Part shown: piece by piece, positions 1 to 12,669 of the stretch
Layout: each line of letters starts with the position of its first letter
How positions within the stretch are numbered: the first letter of the stretch is position 1
DNA from: Kondoa subrosea
Taxonomy: Eukaryota
Assembly: GCA_039545335.1 (NCBI GenBank)
Contig: BCIN01000007.1
Span: 248,001-312,000 of the forward strand
Direction: 5' to 3'
Length of the DNA: 64,000 nucleotides
The notes under the pieces: model-generated
Database searches by the model: none
Seen by the model: the letters and a program-made list of their open reading frames with translations, nothing else
Told to the model about the DNA's origin: nothing
Program-made: the position numbers and the translations under genes

Positions 1-1298
1 AAACGAAGATGACCAGATCGGAGAAGTTGTAAAGATGGGTCCAGCCACTGAAGGTTCTGCTGTCAAAGTCGGAGATCGTGTTGGTATTGTATGTGTCGGC
101 TTCGAAGATCGTCGAATCCGGCTGATCTTGTTCTGTACTTAGAAATGGGTTGCTGCAACTTGTGATACTTGTGTTCCTTGCTTGGCTGGACGAGATGCCT
201 GCTGCTGTAAGCTTGTTACTCTCGCCTTGTCTGAGTTCTGTTCTAATATGTTTGCCATCCAGCAAACATCAAGATCAGCGGATACTTCCATCCTGGAACC
301 TTTGCCCAATACGCTATTGGTCCTGCGCGTTATGTCACACCTGTTCCCGATGGTCTGGATAGCGCTGCAGCTGCGTGAGTGTTCTTGTCTTTCTCACTTT
401 CTACATAGCTAAATCAAGTATTATAGTCCGTTACTTTGCGCTGGTGTTACTGTTTACTCAGCATTGAAGAAGAGTCGCACTATGTCAGGAGACTATGTCG
501 TTCTGCTTGGAGCAGGAGGGTCAGTCTAGTCTGTCTCTGAACCAATTAATTCTGATGAATCATAAAACAGAGGTCTAGGTCACTTGGCTTGTCAAATCGC
601 TTCCAAGGGTCTTGGACTTCGAGTTATTGGAGTTGATCATCCAAGCAAGAAAGATTTGGTTCTTGAATCCGGAGCTGAACATTTCATTGATCACACAACA
701 AGTAAAGATCTTGGTGCTGATGTGAAAGCTTTGACTGGTGGTTACGGGGCTCATGCTTGTCTGGTTCTGACCGCCGCTAACCCTGCATATGCTGCGTGAG
801 TCATCATCACTTCATGCATTCATAGCTGAGCAATAGTGTAGCGCTACTATGACTTTGCGATTCGGCGGAACAGTAGTCTGTGTAGGTCTACCTGAAGGAG
901 ATATGGTGAGTTCTTTCGGCTCCAAAGTAATTCTGCCTTTCCTGATCAAAATTGCCTAGATTCCTATTGCGACCGCTTTCCCATGTATGCTAATTTTGTT
1001 CAGTGTAATGGCAGTCCTTCTGATGCTTATACCTTACAGCTCTCATTGTCGCAATGGAATTGAACATCGTTGGATCAGCTGTAGGAAACAGACGTGAAGC
1101 GATCGAAACTCTAGAATTGGCTGCACGCGGAATCGTCAAGACTCATTACACCGTCAAAAAGATGGAGAACTTGACAGAGATCTTTGAACAAGTGTGTTGG
1201 CTCTCATCAAGTTTGTGCTCAGCTGATACCGAAGTGATCTACAGATGGAAAAGGGTGCTATTCAAGGAAGAGTCGTCTTGGATCTGCAAGCTCAATAG
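1..1298 (+). CDS. ADH: Zinc-dependent alcohol dehydrogenase (MDR family), multi-exon, 5'-truncated by the window edge
   Basis: Spliced exons read IGEVVKMGPATEGSAVKVGDRVGI / KWVAATCDTCVPCLAGRDACC (structural Zn cysteines) / PLLCAGVTVYSALK / LGAGG-GLGHLACQ (Rossmann) / ELNIVGSAVGNRREAIETLELAARG / GAIQGRVVLDLQAQ*; TAG at 1296-1298. Confidence 0.95.
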
Positions 1299-1542
1299 TG
1301 TGAACAAACGAAATAGAATAAAATGGGATGTATTAACTATATGTTGGAAATCAAATGTCAACTTGTGCAGAATTCAAATGTCGATCAATTTCTTAACGCG
1401 CTGCAACGAGTCGATATTGGGAATTGCCCCGATAAGAGGTGCCATACCGTATTACTATATACCCACAACTCTACAGGAGCGGAAGATACCCTGCCTTGTC
1501 TGTCTTGGTAGCCAGTGAAGTCTATTGAGACTTGTTTACGAA

Positions 1543-3368
1543 ATGGCTACTACACCCTCTCACTCTCGCAGCAATAGCAGATTCACTTCACCTAGCAAGA
1601 AGCAGAGACTCAATTCAGCTAGTCCTACCAAAGACATAGACTCGCAGCGCTTCGAATCTCTAGACCGGTTGAAAGCAACTTGGGAAAACATTGCTCAACG
1701 CTATGCTCAGAATGACGAAGATGAGGATGAGGACGACGATGTCTTTGATCTGTCTACATGTGAAACGGTCGAGGATAATGGCTGGCTCAGCAAAACTCAA
1801 GCTGTACCCTTTGGAAGTTTTACGTTGAGCGAGTCGGAAGATAATCAAGAAGAGGAAGAGCGAGACTCGAATGGAGAAGAGTCTGAAGAAGAGTCTGATC
1901 AGGAATCGGAAGAGCAGGAAGGGAAGTCGGAGCAGGGACTGCATGTCAAGCTGAAATCACTGAAACCTGAAGTCGAGGAAAGCTCGGAAGAGGACTCTGA
2001 CGTTATTGAAGAGCCGCCAGCTTATGAGACTGTAGAGAAGAGAAAGCAACCTGTGGCTCTATCCAGGGCTTCGCTATCAAGAAGATCTACATCTCGTTTG
2101 TGTAGTGAAGATATCCCATCAGGTCCACCTGTCATGGCATCAGATGACTTCGGAGACTGTGCTTTTGGAGCTACTTCTGCAAGATCAGATCATCTATTCC
2201 TCTTCTCGTCTCGTTACTCTCCACCAACATCTCAAATCTCTACCGCGTCGTCATTATTTGGCTATCAGTCTTCTACTTCCACAGCACCTACCTCTTCTCC
2301 TTCTCCGAGTCCTTCTTGCACTTTCAAAAAGCCTTTTCTTCCTGATCGCCAACAATTGCCTGCCAAATCTTTGCCCGTACTGCGATCTTTCAAAGCTACA
2401 CCATCAAGTAATGGGCTTCAGATTGGCAAATCATCCATACCGACATCACAACCCCAATTTAGCAGGGCAACTCAAGTCTCACAGCCAATCATTCGAACAG
2501 ATGCAAGCACTAGCAAATTGATCATTTCAAAACCTGCTGCTTCACCTTTTCATGGCTTGCTCAAATCACCTATTGCGACAAAAGCCATGCCTTCATCACC
2601 TGGTATCGCTTTGTCTACTCTCGCAATTCATTCACCTAGAAAAGGTTAGCCCTTTCCACTTTTCTTCACACGGTATAATATTGATGACTTTGACATGTAG
2701 CTACACCGTTTCTCAGAAGTCAATCTCGCTCGCTTTCTATCCAACCTAAACGTTCTCCTTCACTTTCCCCTTCTCCATCAGTTTTCACTTCTCCTCCCAC
2801 TACCAAATCAATTCTACCTCTTTCATCGCCCACTAACAGAAGAAGACGAGAACAGTCAATCTCTGTGAGAGGTACACCTGCACCATGGCAATCGTATGAA
2901 GAATTGGATGATAAGAAATACGTAATTCGATTTACACCTTTAAGAGAAGCTGCTAGATGTCCTGATGATTGGAGTGATGAGAGTGATGATCCTTTAGCTT
3001 GTTCGGATGTAGAAGAAGAAGAAGCAGAAGAAGAAGAAGAAGTTTTGATGAGAGGAAAAGGGTTGATTAGTCAACGGATTGAAGCAGGAGCAAGAGCAAG
3101 TAAGAGTGAGAAAGAAGAAGAGGATGAAGACAGTGGTGATGATTTGGAGATTATTGGTCCACAAACGAAAGCAACTAGAAAAGCAGCGATTGGAACGGAT
3201 TGGGATGAAGAAACTTCAAATACAGAAGAAGATGCGAGCGACAGCGAGGATGAGAACGAGGCACAAGCTTCTGTTAAGGAGGATTCAGATGAAGAGGAGC
3301 AGGAAGAGCGTATGCGTGTAAAGCGGAGAGTACTGGTCATAAGTGATAGTGACAGCGAAAGCGAATGA
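1543..3368 (+). CDS. SCM3: Scm3/HJURP-domain protein (candidate CENP-A chaperone) with long acidic and Ser/Pro-rich disordered regions
   Basis: N-terminal RFESLDRLKATWENIAQRY...DDVFDLSTCETVEDNGWL fits the Scm3 motif as I recall it (RLKxxFExIxxKY...DEIDLxTGEIVxDNGHL). One intron at ~2645-2700 joins ORF 1525-2649 in frame to ORF 2865-3368. Confidence 0.7.
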
Positions 3369-3485
3369 ATAGCCAATGCATTACAGCATTGTGCCTCAGC
3401 AGATCGAGCATATGGGGAGACTTCAGGCATGTGGAATCCAGTGACAAATTCGGAATTCGATCCTTGACCTGAACAGCCAATTGCG

Positions 3486-4166
3486 ATGGAAACGAATTGC
3501 TTCCAATACCACCCTAGAAGTGATACCTTCCTTGTCTGCAATGCGAGACTGCAAGGGGCCCATGTAGAAGATCTACAGAATGCTGTTGAAACCAGCTTTC
3601 GCACCAAGTTTGCCTTAGCCTCGCAGGGCAAGGCAAGCCTAAACATCAAGGACAAAGAGGTCAGTCTGACTTGATTCAGCTTCAGCTCTGCAGCCCTCTG
3701 ATATGTGTCCAAAGGATGCAATATTCATCGGTTAGACTCTATTCTCTTCGTCATTTCATGCGTCTTATCGCCTTATGCAATTGTTATCAGGCTGTACAGC
3801 CCAGCTCCTCTACGTAAGAAGACACGCAAGCAGGTCTTTCTTTGCGAAGGTATGCAACAAAGCTATTTCAGCTAGGCGTGACATGGACTGAAAGGCATGA
3901 AATACACAGCCGGTCCTTGGTCAGCTGGAAGAGGCATACAAAACACCTCTGGCTCTATTCTCGCTGTGCCAGATGGAGACTGGTTGGTCCCTCTCCAGTG
4001 GTCCAGGGATCAAGTTTCTTGCACCAGCTCAATTGGACCCCTTTGCCAATAACAGCAAACGGTACGTTTCGTTCAGGTCTGATTGTAGTCCTAGCACTAA
4101 GTGCACATATCTGATCTGTTCAGATCTAGCAGAAGGGAAGGTCCACCACCTCCTTACTGTCCTTAA
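3486..4166 (+). CDS. Orphan protein, paralog A (5 exons) with C-terminal PPPPY motif
   Basis: METNCFQYHPRSDTFLV...IKDKE / DAIFI(G) / CTAQLLYVRRHASRSFFAK / PVLGQLEEAYK...WSLSSGPGIKFLA...NSK / RSSRREGPPPPYCP*. Canonical GT-AG introns; same exon layout as 4748-5442. Confidence 0.75.
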
Positions 4167-4199
4167 ATGTTCTGTACTTGGCAATCGCTCGAAGAGTTG

Positions 4200-4640
4200 A
4201 ACGCTTGACGATAAGAATTAACTTTTTCAATTTAGCTCTTTCAGAGAAGCTGTCAAAAGCCCTCGCGAATGGAGTGACAGGAATAGTGATCCTTCAGCTT
4301 TTTCCGATGCGGAGAAAGGGGAAGAACTTGGAATGAGAGGCAAGGGGTTGCTTAATCAAGGAGCAGAGATAGCAGCAAGGCATTCCAGAGCAAGTGAGGC
4401 TGAGAAGGTAGAAGAGCCAGGAGTTATTCAGGACCAATTGGAGTTCATTGGTCTACCAAATTCAAGTCAGAAGGCGTCCAGGCGGAAGGGGAGAATTCAG
4501 GCGAAAATGAGCAATCGGAAGACATGAAAGGGAGCGTGAAGAAACAACCAGTGATGCTTCAATAGATGAAAGACAGGAAACAGATCACATGTCTTTGAAG
4601 CGGAAAATGTTGATGATCATTAACAGTAAAGGCGAGTAGA
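4200..4640 (+). pseudogene. Degenerate duplicate of the 3' end of the Scm3-domain gene
   Basis: LDDKN*LFQFSSFREAVKSPREWSDRNSDPSAFSDAE...MRGKGLLNQ...DQLEFIG...LKRKMLMII aligns to LDDKKYVIRFTPLREAARCPDDWSDESDDPLACSDVE...MRGKGLISQ...DDLEIIG...VKRRVLVIS at 2900-3368. It has a stop and indels and lacks the 5' part. Confidence 0.8.
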
Positions 4641-4747
4641 CGAACAGCAGAGTCTGACTGTATTTGACTCATTGTATATGTCGGTCCAGTTGCTGTACTG
4701 CTCAACAGATGTCAAGCGAAATTCGACTCTTGACCTGAACAACCGTT

Positions 4748-5442
4748 ATGGATGTAAACAGTTTCACCTATAACCCCAGAAACGATACCTTCATAATCAG
4801 ACAAGCTAGCATACCTGCAGGACCTCTTGCAAAGCTGGCGGATGAAATAGAAACCTCTGTGCAACGCAAAATGGCATTGGCGAAAACAGGAGATGCAATT
4901 ATAGACATTACGGACAAGGAGGTCAGTCTCTGGATTTCTATCTTTTACCTGTATACCATATTGATGCCGTTCCCAAAGCTTGGCTTGCTCATGGGTAGAT
5001 TTCATTCCTCCTTTGTCGAGTTTTGTGGTTTATGCTTATAATGCTCATTGATAGGCTGCGCAGCCGAAATGCTAGTGATCCGCGATAAAGCGAGAGAGTC
5101 TCTCTCTACCAAGGTGCAAGAGGTCACATTTCCCTTCCGTTTTGTCTGTAACTAAGTCAGTATTGGCAGCCCGTCACGAAGCATTTCTATGAAGCGAAAT
5201 ACACAAAGCTCAACTTAATATCCCTCTTGCGGCTCAAAGACTTTTGGTCAATTGCCAGTGGACCGGGGATTAAAGAACTAGCTTTAACTGTTAATGATTT
5301 CATTCCTTCCTCAAACCCAGACAACCGAGAAGACAACCAAGATGAGTGAGTTCTGCTCTCTGCAAGTCATGATCGCGCGCAAATGTACTGAATCCATTTC
5401 TACAGCGAGATTGACGCTCCTCCGCCATATCAAGCCAATTGA
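4748..5442 (+). CDS. Orphan protein, paralog B (5 exons) with C-terminal PPPY motif
   Basis: MDVNSFTYNPRNDTFII...ITDKE / LGLLM(G) / CAAEMLVIRDKARESLSTK / PVTKHFYEAKY...WSIASGPGIKELA...NQD / DEIDAPPPYQAN*. Intron positions and the 16-nt micro-exon are shared with 3486-4166. Confidence 0.75.
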
Positions 5443-6082
5443 ATGGAACAAGAACAGAGGGCAGAATTTGTATTTGAACTTGTAACAAAACTTGTAATAC
5501 TGTCTATACTTGTTCTAGTATTTGTAATGGATGTTATACTACCATCTTTATGTGAAACATTCATCAAATGGGAAGTAAACGTAAGATCGAACCCCGAATG
5601 CTCAAGGACGAAGAATTGCACGGGTAAAGACTGTTCGACACCAGGACAGCTGGTAGAACCTGCAAACGATGCCCAGACACCTTTCGCCCAATCTGCCGCG
5701 AGGATGTCAACTATCTCTGTGAATACGACCATCTATTCCGATTTGGATTGATGGGTTCAGAAAGGCAAGGTTGGTTTGCCCGTAGAATACAGACATAGAA
5801 CATAGACCATGGGGATGCATAAAATGAAAGGAATACAATCGAAAGCTCAACAACAAACGCAAGACAACACACGCTCATGGAACCAGAACAAAAAGAGAAC
5901 GCGATAGCAAGAGAACAGAAAGAATGAACGCGATAGCGTGCATTGATAGTGCATGGGAAGCCCATTCTGCTTTCTCAACGGTACAATTGCCTCTGAAACA
6001 AACAAATCTTGACCAAATTTTGCGAAAAAATCGATCTGATGAGTCTGAATATCGGTGTACGATGAGGAATGAGGGTGCCACA

Positions 6083-6936
<854 letters not shown>

Positions 6937-7496
6937 GGCTACTGAGGGTGTTGAAGAAAGAGTTCAAAATTGACGGGCAAGACAGGCACTTAGCAATGGT
7001 CACTTAGCATAGCTTTCGTTTTCAAGTATTACATAATACAGCAAGGCTAGAGGAAGCGGGGATGCTAAGCGTGTGGTCGTGAAGAAGAGGGAGGTGCAGA
7101 GTATAGATTAAAGTGATACTATGTACAATGAAATTCTTCGCCAAACGATTTCTGACCTGATATGGCATCCTACATTTCCTACCTGATCCTGAACAAAGTG
7201 ATGTTTCCTTTATCCTGAGCTTAAGCAGATGATAGACTGAAGAGAGACATATTATCGCAGGATAAGAATCTGAAAAATATCTGATTGTACGGACGAGTCC
7301 AGAGGTGAAACTGAGACTAATAAGAATGCGGAAGCAGAGGCAGAGACAAATGATGCAAATCATAGAATGAGAAAAACATGAATAATAAGTGAGCCCCGAT
7401 TTGCCTACGAAGGAGAGGTTAAACATTGCACATCATGGCTAGTTGCCTCAAACATACCTCATAAGCTTGCCGACGGTGCTTCCTTATACCAAACGA

Positions 7497-7790
7497 CTAA
7501 ATACAGTGGCCATTTGGGTAGTCAACTCTGCGGTAGGATATCTGGCAGTTCCGACATGCGTAGTGAGTTGGCTGACCGATGAATTGAGTCGGAGGTTTGG
7601 GTACGACATGACAAGCGATATGCGGGTGAGAGTTCCAAGGCTGGTTACAGTGACGGCAACCATCCCCGGAAGTTGTAGACGATAAAGAAGCTTGACCCTT
7701 AACCCGGTGGAGAGGTCGTTGTCCTGTAGATCCATGCTTGATGCCGAACTTATCGACGTAAGAGCTTTGAGATTCGTTTGGCTTGCTCAT
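7497..7790 (-). CDS. Small Cys/His-rich hypothetical protein (97 aa)
   Basis: MSKPNESQ...SGDGCRHCNQPWNSHPHIACH...HYACRNC...HCI; two CxxC pairs; no recognised family. Confidence 0.3.
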   Translation of the reverse strand: MSKPNESQSSYVDKFGIKHGSTGQRPLHRVKGQASLSSTTSGDGCRHCNQPWNSHPHIACHVVPKPPTQFIGQPTHYACRNCQISYRRVDYPNGHCI

Positions 7791-8362
7791 CCTGGTTCGC
7801 GAGTTGTAAGATTGAAAAAGAGCTTGGAAGATGGTAATCAAGAACAAGAGAAGATTGCGAAGCAATAGCCCTGGCTCGGAAATAAACACGGACAGACAAC
7901 GGATGAACATTGGCCGAACGGGAATTCCGGGTACAGGTGAACACCATCAGAATATTACATCCAACGGACGAACATCGTATTACCGGACGAATATCGCGAG
8001 GCCGTTTGTAGAATGAAATGCACTGTTGCTATACTTCGACGCATACAGCAAATCTCTGCAGCATGTCAGGTGAAAGACATCGACAATGCTCGCCTGAAAA
8101 AAATTCTGCTCTTTGACAAACGCAGAAAAGACCGGGCTACCAATACCGTCATAGATAGCTCAGCAAGGATCAAATAGAAGCATAGTAGCAGACAGCTGAG
8201 GCGTTTCGATACAACAGATATGTCACGAGAGAGAAGTAAAAATACACAGCAAAGCATGCAAATAAAATAAATCATGAACGTGATATTTAGGAAAGTTGAA
8301 AAGATGGTTCAGAGCCGATGTCATCTGACCGCATATATAGTGTTACGCCTTATAGCCTCGAT

Positions 8363-8653
8363 TCATGAACTTTTGCAACCCTTTGAAGAATGCCATGTAT
8401 TGTCATTGTTCTTGTTGATAGCCTGGCGACAATACGGACAGGGTCTTGCGTCTCCAGACGAAGGCTTTGGTTTGGTTTGCTTGAGCGATGCAGATGCCTT
8501 AGATTGGGGAACTTGGGCAGATTGATATGAAGCAGCAGATTGCTGTCGCTTAGCTTCCGGTGTACCAATGATAGGCCGCTTGCGACTCAAACGACCAGAG
8601 CTCTTGCTTGGGGAAAAGAGAGAATTTCCAGTGTTAGAGCGATTAGAATTCAT
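8363..8653 (-). CDS. Small basic hypothetical protein with CxxC-H-C (96 aa)
   Basis: MNSNRSNTG...SGDARPCPYCRQAINKNNDNTWHSSKGCKSS; a long pyrimidine tract lies directly upstream on the coding strand (8655-8720). Confidence 0.35.
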   Translation of the reverse strand: MNSNRSNTGNSLFSPSKSSGRLSRKRPIIGTPEAKRQQSAASYQSAQVPQSKASASLKQTKPKPSSGDARPCPYCRQAINKNNDNTWHSSKGCKSS

Positions 8654-9553
8654 GAAGAAATATCTGGAAAGAGTAGAGGAGATGGAAGAGAAGCAAGAAG
8701 AGAATAAGGAGAGAAGCTAGCCAGAGATACAGCATAGCTATGGCAGCAGCGCCAAAAGCGTAATCCGAGTCCGTTTGAAAGACTAAATCCGAGCAACCAA
8801 AGCAAAGACGATGCGCTCAAGAGGACCACGCAGAGCGGCAGAGTTCTACTGGCGAATCGCTAGGGATTATACCAAGAGAGTTTAGGTAACATGCCAAATG
8901 CGAAATAATTCCGAGTCGACTGCACAGCTTCTTGCTTCCAAAGACGTTCCATTCTGAGGCATTGACATGCTGTAGGGGGAGAAGCCTGATGCGAATGATG
9001 CAGCTGTGCGCTTTCAGACCTCGTTGAGCGGGACGAAGAGTCAAAGCGATCGAATATCGAATACGAATCCATCTCTTGTCGGAAGCCATGAATTCGATAT
9101 GGCTGTATGTCCACGTCTTCAAGCCTTCGTTGCAATCACCATCTGCCAGTCTTCGAATGTAGCTGCAGCAGAAGACCACAACAATTTCGACTTCTCCCCT
9201 CAGAAGTACAGACCGCTATGCTGCTATTAGCCAGCCAGCCACCTTGTCTTGTGCACAGGCTCATCGATGAGTAGATTCTACCCAAACAAGAAGCCAAGTG
9301 GGAACCTTCTGGGGCTAGAAAGTCCAAACAATAGACACTTGTCAAACCGTGCGATTTTGCGCATCTCTGCTCAGGCCGACGAAAGAGGCTCATTGTGCCC
9401 TCTTCGCTCGCACCTATAAACGTTAATCTTCGTTTGCTATACTTCGTCTCTTCTTTCCCTCAGTCAAATTCATAATATCTTTGCATGACCTTCTTGAGGC
9501 TGGTCCTTCCTTCACGATCTCTACGACAAGACATCCACACTCTTTCTCGAATT

Positions 9554-11811
9554 ATGCGCTTCTACCTACTGCTTTCTAGTCTGGCACTACTGACCCAAGC
9601 GAGGGTCATCCGCAAAATCAACCGAAGAGCTATTGGTTCTAGCTGCGTTACAACATGGGATCAGCAATGTTATCGTGGTGCAGATCTTGGCAATGCGGTC
9701 ATGCGCTTCACGGTAAGCTTTCTCTTCCGTTCACAGATTGTCTAGCTGATATTGTCTAGATTCCCTATGCTGAGCCTCCCGTCGCCAACCTACGCTTCGA
9801 AGCACCAAAACCTATAGGAGTACCTACTTCCTCGTAAGTGTATATTTTGTATGGCAACGATCTAGCTGACGAGTCAATAGCGGCATGCCAGTTCGAAAAA
9901 GGTCGGTGAATCGAAATCTTCCTCAACCTAGCTGAACCTTTTCCAGTGACGCTGTTGGAGACCTACTCAAAAAATCATGCCCTCACAATGCAGGCGGTCC
10001 TTCTGGCCCATCAACTAATGAAGACTGCTTATACATCAAGTAAATCTCTTTCTCAATCCTTCAATTCTTGGATCTGATGCAAACACAGTATCTATACTCC
10101 TGCTAATGCTACAAACACTTCTGAACTTCCCGTCTATGTATATCTGCATGGCGGATCAAGGACAGCAAACGATATCGGTATTGATGGAAAGACTCTAGTC
10201 CCGCAAGGCAATATAGTTCTCGTCGCTGTGGAATATAGACAAGGCGTCTTTGGTTTCTTCAAGAATGGAGATGGTCAAAGCGGCAATGCAGGTCTTTTGG
10301 GTTAGTTTCCACTCAAAGCAGAACTTCTTCTTTTAGCTGATTTTGGATATATCAGACGTTATTGCTGCTCTACGTTGGGTTCAAGGCAACATACGTTTCT
10401 TCGGTGGTTCTGCCAGGAAAGTCACTTTAGGTGGTCATTCGACCGGGGCAAGCATCGTAAAGACGCTTCTAGCTGTACCCGAAGCGGACAATCTCTTCAA
10501 TCAAACAATTTTGCAGTAAGCTTTCATCTTTCTCCCTATCAGTCCTGTCTGACTTTCGACCAACAGATCTGCTCCGCTCAATTACAATGATCCAACACCC
10601 TCTCAAGCAGATACTCTAGCTCAAACTATGCTCAACTGGTCCGGTTGCTCAGATATTGCTTGCATGCGTAATTTAACAGTACAAGATCTGCTCAAGACCC
10701 AATCCTTGGCCGAAAGCAAACTAGGCTCTCCTTTCGCTACTAAGTACTATGTAAAGGGCTTAAGCTCAGGTCAACTCTTCATTCCTTACGTTGATGGTTC
10801 TTTGGTCATGAATCAGACGATTGATTTGTTGCGAGGCAAGAACGGCGGTCTAGTAAGCAATGTCCCTATACTACGAGATACTAGTGCTGATGGGGGCATG
10901 GTTCAGAGTCGAAAGAACCGCACGCTACTCTTCTCAACTGTTTCCAACGAAGCTGGTCCTCAAATCCAAAACCTTTCCGCTGTTTTCGGCGGTTCTTTCA
11001 CTGGTGCAAACTATGCAGATACCATTAGCGCTCTATTACCATCACCTCGATCAAAGGCTATCCTCAGTTCAGGTCAATACAACGGTCCAGCTAAGAATGC
11101 CGACGCTTCTCGACCGCTTGAGAAATTGGGAACAGACTACATTTGTCAGTCTTTCGTTGTCGCTGTCGTCAGAAATAGCTGAAGTCTCGTAGGGAGATGC
11201 GCAAATCAACAATTTGCAGTGAATGCTACAAGGGCTGGTCAAGCTACTACCTATTTAGCAGTATTCAAGATGGGCGCTCGTTATGTATGTTGTTCAGACA
11301 CTCAACATTTTCATACAAGACTGATTGGTTCTTCTTCTTCTTCTTAGCCCACTAATGATGCCGTCAAGTTATGCAAAAATGCAGTCTGTCACGAAGATGA
11401 TCTTCTTCTGACTTTCGGCAATGCGAAATCATCTTCCGCAGCTAAAGCAGCTACTTTAAAGCTGGAAAAAGAAGTTGTTGCAAGATGGTTAGGATTCATT
11501 AAAACCGGTAACCCAAACGCGTTAGTCTTGTTCCTTTTTTAAGATCGGTTCTGTATCTCATTGGGTGATGTATAGTATGGGATATCCGAACTGGCCTGCA
11601 GTTTCGAGCGCAGCAAAACTTAATATCTTGCAATTGGGCAGCACGGCGAACGGGGCATCTACTTTAGCTCAAAGTCAAGCTGCGAATGTTTGTGCTCCTT
11701 CAACTATCTGGGGTAACAGAGTCCGTTTTGATGTGCAGTAAGCTCTGGGCTATCATCATCTTCTGCGTGCTAAAGTGCTGACTTATCTTGTATAGACTCT
11801 ACGGACACTGA
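9554..11811 (+). CDS. Secreted type-B carboxylesterase/lipase (alpha/beta-hydrolase)
   Basis: Signal peptide MRFYLLLSSLALLTQA; IPYAEPPVANLRF; EDCLYI; PVYVYLHGGS; ALRWVQGNIRFFGG; nucleophile elbow GHSTG; VCHEDD; ends QLYGH*. Confidence 0.9.
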
Positions 11812-12045
11812 GCAGCGAAAGAGCTGATTTCATAGCATGTATACCACTACATATAGCATAGGACAAGTAACAAAAGCAGTAATAATCAAGCATATGAGCA
11901 TTCAATGAATGATGTATTTGTCTCTTTCAGGCATTTTAAACGACTGAGGACAGTAGGCGAAAGCGAGATAGTTATACAATGCCAATGCCAGATCTAGAAT
12001 GCAATACGAAAAGAGAGAGAAATAATATACAAATGATTGGAGAAT

Positions 12046-12669
12046 CTATGCCTCGACAGTAGCCATTTCTACTTCTTCGGCTATAGGTTTGACTGTCCGC
12101 TGTTTATTATCCACTCCACGTCCCTACGCAACTCTGTGAGCAATAGCAAGCGCACGTCAGAGGATGAAAGCATACCATTGCTAGTTCTGCATCTCTCGGC
12201 GAAACGAAACCTGGGAAGAAGATCATCAGTTCATGCACTATGTATACACAGCGAATGCGTACCTTCACTAATCTGCTTCATCCGCCTCCTATGTAACTTG
12301 TTCTTCAAATGTCCATCCAGTGCGGTCTGATCAATGAAATGCCTATCGCAAGCAACGCAAGGAAACAATCCTCCGCCCGTAATCTCTTCCGGTTCATCTA
12401 CGTAACCCTTTTCCAGTCGCTGCCGTTTCCCTCCGCCATCTGCTGCATCTGCCAGAACTTGATCGATGTCTCGAGAATAGCGTTCTGCCAAAAGCCATGC
12501 ATGAGATTCGTGCAGTTTATACAGTAGGAGGTGACTCGCTAGTCTTTTGTCCCTTCTGCTGGTCTTTTGCAGAGCCCTGTCAATGAGCGATATTATAACA
12601 TCAGATTAAGAGTCTGAATGCCTAAACCGCTGTCCTGACCTTTGTCCTTGATCTTCTTACTCTAGTCAT
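12046..12669 (-). CDS. BUD20: C2H2 zinc-finger 60S biogenesis factor Bud20/ZNF593
   Basis: MTRVRRSRTK...RYSRDIDQV...GGGLFPCVACDRHFIDQTALDGHLKNKLHRRRMKQI...GVDN; 4 introns. Confidence 0.9.

Larger units (their letters stand above)
2900..5442 (+). repeat. Diverged tandem segmental duplication, unit ~1.3 kb (about 2900-4200 and 4200-5442)
   Basis: Colinear similarity of the Scm3 3' fragment, the upstream sequence (aattcgatccttgacctgaacagcc vs aattcgactcttgacctgaacaacc) and the 5-exon orphan gene. Confidence 0.85.

Noticed and set aside
3010..3042. (GAA)n tract
   Set aside because: It encodes the poly-Glu stretch of the Scm3-domain protein and is not an independent repeat element.
3071..3721. 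216-aa minus-strand ORF, and similar antisense ORFs such as 39285-39704 and 41541-42044
   Set aside because: These are antisense shadows of low-complexity or well-supported genes on the other strand.
5443..5751. 102-aa ORF with hydrophobic stretch starting immediately after the paralog B stop, in frame
   Set aside because: The stop context (TGA ATG) is not a known leaky motif, the hydrophobicity follows from T-rich 3'-UTR-like sequence, and paralog A has no equivalent.
7225..7285. CTGAAGA...hairpin...GAAA resembling a hammerhead ribozyme core
   Set aside because: Stem II does not close correctly next to the core, and I found no complementary strands for stems I and III with an NUH site.
8817..9393. 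Overlapping minus-strand ORFs of 85-120 aa upstream of the carboxylesterase
   Set aside because: There is no coherent spliced frame, motif or signal peptide.
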